A stretch of DNA of 64,000 nt, taken from positions 224,001 to 288,000 of the forward strand of contig CAXXTH010000023.1 of NCBI GenBank assembly GCA_963668025.2. Reading direction: 5' to 3'. The translations under genes and the position numbers were made by a program. This document shows positions 48,752 through 57,001 of the stretch, one piece after another. The notes under the pieces are model-generated. The model did not search any database. It was not told where the DNA came from and saw only the letters and a list, made by a program, of their open reading frames with translations. The DNA comes from Candidatus Hydrogenedentota bacterium. GTDB lineage: Bacteria > Hydrogenedentota > Hydrogenedentia > Hydrogenedentales > SLHB01. The stretch's first letter is position 1, and every line of letters starts with the position of its first letter.

Positions 48752-49942
48752 ATGAAAGCGACCATATTATGCGTAGTTATGGCTTTCGTATTGTTGAGCT
48801 CCGCCATTGCGTTCGCTCAGCCGGGGCCGACAGGGGATGTAACCGTGCCCACCACGTATTGGCATGCCATTGCCGGATTCGCGAACACCACTCCCGTGGC
48901 GGATGGCGTGATAAGCGCGGGAGAATATAACTCGGTTCCACTCGAAGTCACCAAGGCGCTGATGCAAGCCTCTCCAACAGGAGTGCTCTGGACATACGAT
49001 GACACGACGTATACCGGCGATGCGGACTGGTCATTGAAAGTCTATTTTTCCTGGGACTGGGAGAATTTCTACATCGGGTATGACGTGACGGATGATATCG
49101 TTCGTTTTCCGAGTGATTGGGAAAACCAGTGGAATTCCTCGTACCATGACAGTATCGATATTCTGTACGATTTATTTGGCGCCGAATCAGCCGATGTGAT
49201 CGGGGCGGAGGGCCTTTGGAAGATCATCGGCATGTGGTGGCTCACTGGCGGTCGCAGCGACGGCACGACGAACACCTTCGGGAATCCCATCAATTATGGG
49301 CGCTGGAATTATGAAGGTTCGGCGTTATTTGGCACGGATGGAGATTACGGCCCCAGCGGCTGGACCTGTGAGACTGCGGAGAAAACGGGCGGCTACATCA
49401 TGGAGATGATCGTGCCGTGGTCCAAGTTCTCGTTTGCCAGCACCAATGGCACCAATTACGCCTATACGCCCGCATTGAACAACCGTATCGGTTTTTCGTT
49501 TTGGGCGTTTGATGGCGAAGGCGAGGCGGAGCGGAGTTTCGAGGCGGTTTGCCTCACGAACAGCCCCGTTCATGTCGGATTTGATTGCTGGAGCGATCCG
49601 CCGACTTATGCGGATTTAATACTGGGCGGCGTAACGATTCCGGGCGGCGAGACGGTAGTGCCGGATGTGTCCGCACTGAATCAAGCTGATGCAACGGCGG
49701 CCCTTGAAGCGGCGGGCTATGTCGTGCAAGTCGAGCAGGAACCTAGTGACACCGTGGCGGCGGGCGGCGTGATCCGCACGGAACCGGCGTCAGGCACGGC
49801 ATTGGCGTCTGGTGAGACCGTCACCCTGGTTATTTCGACTGGCGCAGCGGGTAGCGTGCCAGCGGCGGGCTTAATCGGGTTGGCGCTCATAGGCGGCGCA
49901 TGCCTAGCTGGCGCAACGGCCAAATTACGCAAAGGCAAATAG
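48752..49942 (+). CDS. Surface protein: CBM9/DOMON-like domain + PASTA + C-terminal sorting tail (1)
   Basis: Signal peptide; ADG...GEY, W.WD.ENFYIGYDVTDD, GY.MEM.VPW; VPDV....QADA.AALEAAG...SDTVAAG.VI...P..G PASTA; VPAAG-TM-KLRKGK. Confidence 0.8.
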   Translation: MKATILCVVMAFVLLSSAIAFAQPGPTGDVTVPTTYWHAIAGFANTTPVADGVISAGEYNSVPLEVTKALMQASPTGVLWTYDDTTYTGDADWSLKVYFSWDWENFYIGYDVTDDIVRFPSDWENQWNSSYHDSIDILYDLFGAESADVIGAEGLWKIIGMWWLTGGRSDGTTNTFGNPINYGRWNYEGSALFGTDGDYGPSGWTCETAEKTGGYIMEMIVPWSKFSFASTNGTNYAYTPALNNRIGFSFWAFDGEGEAERSFEAVCLTNSPVHVGFDCWSDPPTYADLILGGVTIPGGETVVPDVSALNQADATAALEAAGYVVQVEQEPSDTVAAGGVIRTEPASGTALASGETVTLVISTGAAGSVPAAGLIGLALIGGACLAGATAKLRKGK

Positions 49943-49965
49943 CCAAAAGGCATTTTCGAGTAATG

Positions 49966-50003
49966 AGCGGCCTCGGGGTTTGGACCTCCGGGGCCGCTTT
50001 CTT
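49966..50003 (+). terminator. Rho-independent terminator
   Basis: agcggcctcgggg...ctccggggccgct then tttctt. Confidence 0.75.
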
Positions 50004-50164
50004 ATTATCCGGCAATTCGGGAAACCGGTTGCATGTTTCTTCTGGAAGTTTTTACGGATGGATGGAAATCCAGTTGATGCTTTGTGTCTAACTGTTCCCA
50101 TTATTTACGCATTTCGAGATGCTCTCACTTTTCGATGGAAAAGCCATTTTGTATGAGATTGTTT

Positions 50165-50210
50165 AGTCTATCGATACACTATTGACTTTCGTTTAATGTC
50201 GTGATACACT
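50165..50210 (+). promoter_or_regulatory. Operator + sigma70 promoter (duplicate of 48583-48628)
   Basis: agtctatcgatacact abutting TTGACT-17-TACACT. Confidence 0.78.
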
Positions 50211-50336
50211 TTATTCTGTTTCGGGTATCGTTTATCCGATGAGGGGTTTGAATATGGTTAATCTGCTGTAACAGAAAGACTGTAGTGAGAGAGTAGAGAA
50301 ATGTAAAATGTAATGAACAATGAGGAGGAATCGACA

Positions 50337-51524
50337 ATGAGAACAGCATTACTCAGTGTAGCTATGGCCTTCTTACTGATGGGCTCCACCATCGCCTTTG
50401 CGCAAGCGGGGCCGACAGGGGATGTGACCGTGCCAACCACATACTGGCATGCAATCGCCGGATTCGCGAACACCACGCCCGTGGCGGACGGGGCGATTGG
50501 TGCTGGCGAATATAATGCAGTCCCGCTTGAAGTGACCAAAGCGCTGTTGCAGGGGGCTCCCGCCACCAATGTGTGGACGTTCGATGACACCACGTATTCC
50601 GGCGATGCAGACTGGTCGATGAAGATCTATTATACGTGGGATTGGACCAATATCTATATCGCATATGATGTCACCGATGACGTACTGCATTTTACGGATA
50701 ATTGGGACGCCCAATGGAATTCTGCTTACTATGATAAATTCCAATTTCTATATGATTTGTATGGAGCGCTTTCGTATGAGGATGGCGGCTACGGAATGTT
50801 TAAGATCGATGGCGTATGGTTCCTCGCGGGCGGGCGCAGTGATGGCGCCACCAGCACGGTCGGGCAAGTGATCAATTACGGCCGTGGCGACTGGGAAGGC
50901 TCGGCAGCGTTTGGTTCGGATGGCGCAGGCGGCCCGGGAAGCTGGACTTGCGTAGCGGCGGCCAAGACGGGCGGGTATATCATCGAGATGATCGTACCGT
51001 GGGCCAAATTCGCGTTTAGCAGCACCAATGGAACCAGCTATTCCTATACTCCTGCGCTGAATAACCGTATCGGGATTGCTTTCCAGGCCTATGATAGTGA
51101 CGGCACAGATGATTACAGTTTCGAGTTGGTTGGTCTCACTAATAGCACCGCCCATATAGGAAATGATGTCTGGGCAGACGCTCCAAATTTCGCGGATGTG
51201 GTGCTGGGCGGCGTGACCATTCCTGGCGGCCCAGTCGTAGTGCCCGATGTGTCGGCGATGAATCAAGCCGATGCGACGGCGGCCCTCGAAGCCGCTGGGT
51301 ATGTGGTGGCAGTGGAGCAGGAAGCCAGCGACACCGTAGCGGCGGGCGGCGTGATTCGCACGGAACCGGCATCGGGCACGGCATTGGCCGAAGGTGAAAC
51401 CGTCACTTTGGTGATCTCGACAGGTTCCGCGAGTGATGTGCCAGCGGCTGGCCTGATGGGCTTAGTGCTCTTGGGCGGCGTATGCGTGGCTGGCGCAACG
51501 GCCAAACTGCGCAAGCGGAAATAA
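50337..51524 (+). CDS. Surface protein: CBM9/DOMON-like domain + PASTA + C-terminal sorting tail (2)
   Basis: Tandem paralog of 48752-49942; RBS GAGGAGG; VPAAG-TM-KLRKRK. Confidence 0.8.
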   Translation: MRTALLSVAMAFLLMGSTIAFAQAGPTGDVTVPTTYWHAIAGFANTTPVADGAIGAGEYNAVPLEVTKALLQGAPATNVWTFDDTTYSGDADWSMKIYYTWDWTNIYIAYDVTDDVLHFTDNWDAQWNSAYYDKFQFLYDLYGALSYEDGGYGMFKIDGVWFLAGGRSDGATSTVGQVINYGRGDWEGSAAFGSDGAGGPGSWTCVAAAKTGGYIIEMIVPWAKFAFSSTNGTSYSYTPALNNRIGIAFQAYDSDGTDDYSFELVGLTNSTAHIGNDVWADAPNFADVVLGGVTIPGGPVVVPDVSAMNQADATAALEAAGYVVAVEQEASDTVAAGGVIRTEPASGTALAEGETVTLVISTGSASDVPAAGLMGLVLLGGVCVAGATAKLRKRK

Positions 51525-51555
51525 TACGCGCGTGGTATCTAATCCATGAGTAATA

Positions 51556-51594
51556 GGCGGCCTCGGGGGCGAGGGCCTCCGGGGCCGCTGTTTT
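51556..51594 (+). terminator. Rho-independent terminator (duplicate of 49966)
   Basis: ggcggcctcgggg...ctccggggccgct then gtttt. Confidence 0.72.
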
Positions 51595-51619
51595 AAAGTG
51601 ATTCAAGATTTTACTAGCC

Positions 51620-51646
51620 GTAGCATGGGCGTCCCGCCCATGCTAC
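51620..51646. repeat. REP-like GTAG palindrome, family B
   Basis: gtagcatgggcg-tcc-cgcccatgctac. Confidence 0.8.
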
Positions 51647-51781
51647 GAGAGAGTAGAAGCCGTTTGCCGGGCTTCATCCGATCTTGAAACGCCCATGAAT
51701 GTCAGCATTTTATTTGTAGAGAGATGAAAGCCTTTGTCTTTTGCCCGCGCGCTGGGTCTGTATACAGCGAAGGAACTATCT

Positions 51782-54229
51782 GTGATTAAGAAACTCGGCT
51801 TCATTCTATTAATGGCGATGGGCCTTCTTGCACCCATCTATCCTTGCGAGGCCTTGTCCGGCGAGACGCTCTCCCTTGACGGGGCCAATTGGGCGGGCGA
51901 CGCCAACATGACCGGCGGCCTGGACGCTGGAATGGCGGGTGACGCCGATGCGCTGGTCGCATCGGGCAGCGGGTATTCGAGCTATCCTACCACCTACGAT
52001 TTTGCGATCACGCTTGCGGAAGAGTATAGCCGGAGTCCCTATGTCGAATTTACCATTGGCTTCCGTTTGAATAGCATGCAAACATCCATAGGTATCGTGA
52101 AATGGGATGGTGTTCCGCTGTGCGTGTGCCACGCCAATGATGCCGTCGAGCAATTGGGCGCGAAACGGGTGCGGGTGGCCACCTCGGAATTCGATGTATC
52201 GGCGGGCGGGCATGTGCTGACGGTCGAGGCCGTGGACACGCCTGAAAATACCTACGACTTTTTTGAAGTCGACGCGGTTCAAGTGTTGCGGGTGGGACCT
52301 GCGCTTCCCGCTGCGCCTGTTCCCGCCGCCACCTGGTTAATTGTCCGGGGCGGCGATGAATCCGAAGCGGAATTGCTTAATATAGAGAAGCTGCAAGAGG
52401 AGATGACGGGCCTGCTGGGCTCCTCGCCGGAAGTGGTATCGGCTGGCGAACTGAGTGATGTGCAGAAAACCAGCAATAGCCTAGTTTTAGTGGGCACATA
52501 TGGCCGCAATGCTTTGAGCAAGGCGCTGCTGGACGCCGAAGGCCACCCGGCTCCCTTTGCTTCGGACGCCGCCTTTGTGCAGGAGCAAGGCTACATTGCT
52601 GGCGCATATCCCAGCTATTACGCCCCTCGCCAGAAAGTAATACTAGCCACGGGCTGGGATACCCTCGGGTCGGTTTTCGCTATCTCGCATTTGCGCACGA
52701 ACCTGCAAAACAGCGGTGATGGGCTGTATCTAGCCGCTGAGGGGAACGCGTCGAATCTCACGTCCGTATATAACGAATACCGCCCGGATGTGGCGAGGCG
52801 CGGGGTGTACTACAACATCGCCTATGGCATCAGCTTTGGCAAGCTGACGCCGGACAACTGGAATGCGTCGGACTGGGAGTATTGGGTGGACCAGTTAGTG
52901 GCTGCGCAATTGACCCATGTTGAGTTTTATATCTGGGGCAATGCGGAACTCGATTACCCCTATTCAACGGTCAACGCCACGCGCAACCATACTATGCGGC
53001 TGGCGCTGCAACACATGATCACCTACGCCCATAGCCGCGGCATGAAGGTGGTCTATCATTTCAGTCCAGGGATTATACCCTCGGATATTTATGGCGCGAA
53101 CAAGAGCGTGGGCAATTTCGCCGGAACGAGCGATTATGCCACGGCGGGCTACCCCTGTCCGTGCCCCGCAGATACGTCGCTATTGAGTTATAAAGGCCAT
53201 ACGTGGAACAACGCGATGGACCTTATTACGGATATTTTCCGGACGCAGATCGAGTATTTCGCCGAAGCCGACGAATTCCGCATGTGGTTTTATGATCCGG
53301 GCGGCTGCTGGTGTTCGGATGCGAAAAATGGATGCAAGAGCCATCAGGTGGAGCGCTTGATGACCCATGTCCAGACGTTTTTCCCGATTGTCCAGGCGAA
53401 CAATCCCGATGCGCGTTTCAGCGTGAGCACATGGCCGATCTGGCTGCTCGAAAATGGGGCCTATATTGGATACGCCTACGGCAACACGTTCCTCACTCAA
53501 CTCAAGACATATGCCCAAAGCCAAGATGCACTCGACCGGTTCGATGTAGCGGACACGCTGGCGTCTGAGAGTTCGTTTGTACCAGAAGGCATTTCAAAAG
53601 GTTTTGGCGGCGAGGGTTTCTTATTCGAGACCAATATCGAGACGGCATACCCCTTCTTGAATCCGCTGCTCGCCTTCACCAATGGGCTTATTGACCGGGG
53701 CGTGGGATGGGGATGCTCGGAGATGCATTTCCATCGCAACGAAGAAGGCTCGAAATATCCGATGTCGTTCTTCCTCGGACAGCGCATGTGGGATCATGAG
53801 CGTTCCGATTCGGATGTGACGATGGCGTATGCGCGCTGGATCGCCAATACGAATCCTACGTCCGCCCAGGAACTGCAACAAGCGTTTGTGCTGATGGATT
53901 CGTTCCATTACGACGGCTCCTCTTCGCAGGATATGACCGCCAAAGGCGCGCAAATCCGCGATTTAGTCGTCTCAGCCGTAGGCAGGCTTTCGGCGGAACG
54001 CCAGGCGAAGTTGGAATTTCTTACCACCACGGCGAAAGTGCTTGCCCTTTATGGAGAAGCCGCGGAAAATCCAGGCAATAGCACATTGTTGGATACGCTA
54101 TTCGCGTCTTATCGCACGGTGTTGGGCGAATCGGCCGCGTTCGCCCCGTTTTACCCATATGCCAGCCGCGCACGGTTTGACCAGCATGTTTCCTGGCTGC
54201 GGGCGGGATGGCGGAGCGCAGGTTTCTAA
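51782..54229 (+). CDS. Secreted uncharacterised protein, WFYDPxGCxC family paralog 3, with extra N-terminal beta-sandwich domain
   Basis: Signal peptide; YAHSRGM.V.Y, MWFYDPGGCWCSD...GC, TWPIW; start uncertain (51734-51782). Confidence 0.72.
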   Translation: MIKKLGFILLMAMGLLAPIYPCEALSGETLSLDGANWAGDANMTGGLDAGMAGDADALVASGSGYSSYPTTYDFAITLAEEYSRSPYVEFTIGFRLNSMQTSIGIVKWDGVPLCVCHANDAVEQLGAKRVRVATSEFDVSAGGHVLTVEAVDTPENTYDFFEVDAVQVLRVGPALPAAPVPAATWLIVRGGDESEAELLNIEKLQEEMTGLLGSSPEVVSAGELSDVQKTSNSLVLVGTYGRNALSKALLDAEGHPAPFASDAAFVQEQGYIAGAYPSYYAPRQKVILATGWDTLGSVFAISHLRTNLQNSGDGLYLAAEGNASNLTSVYNEYRPDVARRGVYYNIAYGISFGKLTPDNWNASDWEYWVDQLVAAQLTHVEFYIWGNAELDYPYSTVNATRNHTMRLALQHMITYAHSRGMKVVYHFSPGIIPSDIYGANKSVGNFAGTSDYATAGYPCPCPADTSLLSYKGHTWNNAMDLITDIFRTQIEYFAEADEFRMWFYDPGGCWCSDAKNGCKSHQVERLMTHVQTFFPIVQANNPDARFSVSTWPIWLLENGAYIGYAYGNTFLTQLKTYAQSQDALDRFDVADTLASESSFVPEGISKGFGGEGFLFETNIETAYPFLNPLLAFTNGLIDRGVGWGCSEMHFHRNEEGSKYPMSFFLGQRMWDHERSDSDVTMAYARWIANTNPTSAQELQQAFVLMDSFHYDGSSSQDMTAKGAQIRDLVVSAVGRLSAERQAKLEFLTTTAKVLALYGEAAENPGNSTLLDTLFASYRTVLGESAAFAPFYPYASRARFDQHVSWLRAGWRSAGF

Positions 54230-54265
54230 ATGAACATGCATCACATCAGGGCAGGATATATACAC

Positions 54266-55504
54266 ATGAAAACGATACAAGCCACGGCTCTACGGACAAC
54301 ATGGATGCGCTGGGTGGTTCTTGGCATAGTGGCATGTGGAGCGCTGTGCGCTCATGCCCAAGAAGGTGGAATGCTGCTGGATCCTTCTGGCAATCCCGCC
54401 ATGGACGCCGTTGTCACCGCACCCGGCACGGGCGGCCTCATCGCCGCCTGGAGCGCATACGACGGGTCGTGGTTCCGTGTGAAGGCCCGCGTGTCCAACG
54501 ACGGCGGCCAGGCCTGGAATGACCCTGTCCAATTATCGTCTGGAGAGCTGGACGCTTATTATCCGGCTATCGTTTCGGAAGGCGGAATGGCATACATCGC
54601 GTGGGCCGATACCGATGGCGCGAAATATGGCCAAGTCATGGCATGCGCCAGCTCCGACTCGGGCGCTACCTGGAGTGCGCCATATGCCGTATCGGACTCT
54701 GCTCCCGGCGTATCCCATCTCCGGCTGGCTGCGCAAGGTGCAACCGCGTGGCTGGTATGGACGGATTGCAGCTCGGGCGTATCCAATGTGATGGCGGCTT
54801 CAACCACTAACAGCGGCGCTTCGTGGTCATCGCCGCAGGCCGTGGCGGCCAGCGCGAAGCCTTGCCGTTATCCCAGCGTGGCGATGAAAGGCGGCGCGGC
54901 GCATTTGGTATGGGAGCAATGGGGCGCACAAGCGCCCGAGATCGCATACGCCAGCAAGACCGGCAACGACGCATGGACCACGCCCGTTTTGCTGAGCGCC
55001 GATGACCGGTGGGCGTCCGAGAGCCCTACGATTGCGGCCAACGCGGAAGACCTTTTCGTTGCATGGCGGCAGGATTCCGCTGACGTCTCCGTGATTAGCT
55101 TTACCCGTCTCCGTAATGGCCAGCCACTATGGGATATGCCCGTGGCGCTCGCGGCGGGCGCATCGAGCAGCTATCCCGAACTGGCTGCAACCGGCCAGCG
55201 TATCGTGCTGGCATACGAGCGTGAAGGGCAGGCGATGCTCCTGGAGAGCCTTGACGCAGGGGATGCCTGGGGCGAATCACAGGCGGTATCGGAATCGGGC
55301 TGGAACGGGCTTGCTCGTATCTGTTTAGGCCCGGTTTATTACTATATGACATGGACACAAGAAGCGGATGGAACCGTCCGCTTGGCGGTGGATCCCATGG
55401 GCGCTACGCCGGATATGCCTGCGGCGGCCGTGGCGGGGGCCGCATTATTGCTGGCCCTCATGGGCGCGCTGGGATGGCGTTTCAGCCGCCAGACAGGACG
55501 TTAA
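54266..55504 (+). CDS. Asp-box (BNR) sialidase-like beta-propeller with C-terminal sorting tail
   Basis: SNDGGQAW, SSDSGATW, STTNSGASW, SLDAGDAW; MPAAAV-TM-RFSR tail. Confidence 0.75.
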   Translation: MKTIQATALRTTWMRWVVLGIVACGALCAHAQEGGMLLDPSGNPAMDAVVTAPGTGGLIAAWSAYDGSWFRVKARVSNDGGQAWNDPVQLSSGELDAYYPAIVSEGGMAYIAWADTDGAKYGQVMACASSDSGATWSAPYAVSDSAPGVSHLRLAAQGATAWLVWTDCSSGVSNVMAASTTNSGASWSSPQAVAASAKPCRYPSVAMKGGAAHLVWEQWGAQAPEIAYASKTGNDAWTTPVLLSADDRWASESPTIAANAEDLFVAWRQDSADVSVISFTRLRNGQPLWDMPVALAAGASSSYPELAATGQRIVLAYEREGQAMLLESLDAGDAWGESQAVSESGWNGLARICLGPVYYYMTWTQEADGTVRLAVDPMGATPDMPAAAVAGAALLLALMGALGWRFSRQTGR

Positions 55505-55523
55505 CTGTATTAGGAGAACACAA

Positions 55524-56561
55524 ATGCCTACTATGAAACAAGTGGTGATCACCGCGCAGCGCACCATCGAGATCCAAGAGATCGAACGGCCCAAGGCGGT
55601 TCCTGGCTCCGTGTTGATTCGTGTGTGTTATTCGGGCATCTGCGGCACGGATTTGATGAATTACCGGGGCGATTTTGTCTGGGGCCGGGCGGGATATCCA
55701 AAGGTTCCCGGCCACGAGCTTTCCGGCATCATTGAAGCCGTGGGCGAAGGCGTCACGGGCTTCCAGCCGGGCGACCGCGTCGTGCCGGAATGCACCATCG
55801 GCTGCGGCGTCTGTGGCTATTGTAAAGCGGGTAACTACAGCCTATGCAAGAACCGCCTTAAATACTCGAATGGCGGCATGGCCGAGTACGTGGCCATTCC
55901 CGCGAAGGCAGTGCATCATTTACCCGAAAACACGTCTCTGCAAGATGGCGCATTGATTGAACCCGTGGCCGTGGGCTGCAATGCCGCCCTCAAAGCCGGG
56001 AATGTATTTGGCAAATATGTCGGCGTCATCGGCGGCGGCACCATCGGCCTGGGCGCATTGATGACGCTCCAGCTCAACGGCGCGGCGAAATCCTTTATAT
56101 TCGAGCTGGTGGACGAACGCATCGAGCTGGCCAAACAGCTCGGGGCCACGATGGGCATCAATAGCAAGCAGGTCGAGCCGAAACAGGCTGTGCTGGACGC
56201 AACGCAAGGCCACTGCCTTGACGCCGTCATCGTAGCCAGCGCGGGCACCGCGAAGACCCTCGGCCTGGCGCTCGAGGTATTGGCGATGCAAGGCGTTGTC
56301 GTCGTGGTCGGCCTAAGCGGCGGCCAGCTCTCGCAATTCGACGCCGACGACCTGTGCGACAAAGAGGCGAGCATCGTGGGCAGCCACTCGAGCCCCGGCA
56401 TCTGGGAGCAACTCATCAACGCCATCGGCGCGGGACGTTATCCCCTTGGCCCATTGACGAGCCATGTGTTCCCGCTGGAGCAAGGCGCGGAAGCCTTCCG
56501 CGTGCTCGATGATCCCACTCAGCCCACGCAAAAAGTGCTGCTGGAAGCCTCCAAAGGATAA
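55524..56561 (+). CDS. Zn-dependent medium-chain dehydrogenase (sorbitol/threonine DH-like)
   Basis: GICGTD, GHE.SG, C..C..C.......C structural Zn site, EP, GGGTIG; RBS AGGAG. Confidence 0.9.
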   Translation: MPTMKQVVITAQRTIEIQEIERPKAVPGSVLIRVCYSGICGTDLMNYRGDFVWGRAGYPKVPGHELSGIIEAVGEGVTGFQPGDRVVPECTIGCGVCGYCKAGNYSLCKNRLKYSNGGMAEYVAIPAKAVHHLPENTSLQDGALIEPVAVGCNAALKAGNVFGKYVGVIGGGTIGLGALMTLQLNGAAKSFIFELVDERIELAKQLGATMGINSKQVEPKQAVLDATQGHCLDAVIVASAGTAKTLGLALEVLAMQGVVVVVGLSGGQLSQFDADDLCDKEASIVGSHSSPGIWEQLINAIGAGRYPLGPLTSHVFPLEQGAEAFRVLDDPTQPTQKVLLEASKG

Positions 56562-56570
56562 GAATGCATG

Positions 56571-56615
56571 AACGCTCATCGCCTTGGCCAAGACCAAGGC
56601 GATGAGCGTTGTTTT
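56571..56615 (+). terminator. Rho-independent terminator
   Basis: 17-bp stem aacgctcatcgccttgg/ccaaggcgatgagcgtt followed by gtttt. Confidence 0.75.
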
Positions 56616-56726
56616 GAAATGATGACCATCTCAATTCGTCGTATTCGTTATGGTGAACAATCTCAACCAAAACAGCCATGACGAGCATAGCGCTGAGTAG
56701 CCGCGACTAAGGATCAATATTCAAAG

Positions 56727-56800
56727 ACCACGAAATACACTAAATGCACTAAAATTTGAAGGGTAGGGTGGGGCTTGCCCCACCGTTCAAAGGATGCATC
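56727..56800 (+). repeat. Composite repeat containing REP family A copy 4
   Basis: gaccacgaaatacactaaatgcactaaaa...gtagggtggggcttgccccaccgttcaaaggatgcatc. Confidence 0.85.
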
Positions 56801-56853
56801 TCCTGCCTCATGATAAAGAAAGCCGTTATAGCTAAAAGAAATATGCGCTTCTC

Positions 56854-56901
56854 GTAGCATGGCCGTCCCGGCCATGCGCATGGGCGGGACGCCCATGCTA
56901 C
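56854..56901. repeat. Inverted doublet of REP family B (REPIN-like)
   Basis: gtagcatggccgtcccggccatg-cg-catgggcgggacgcccatgctac. Confidence 0.8.
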
Positions 56902-57001
56902 GGGATCTCATTAAAGTTGCATATACGGTGGTTAAGATCCCGTACAGGAACGGGCCCACACCATCATCAACGGCTCCAAAGCGCCGTGCGGCGCGAACGA
57001 A

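Noticed and set aside
48752-51524. Paralogous pairs (also the DUF1559 pair) as DGR template/variable repeats
   Set aside because: Differences are not adenine-specific, both copies are full genes and no reverse transcriptase is present.
6725-56800. Repeated ~30-bp palindromes as a CRISPR array
   Set aside because: Copies are kilobases apart, with no regular spacers and no cas genes.
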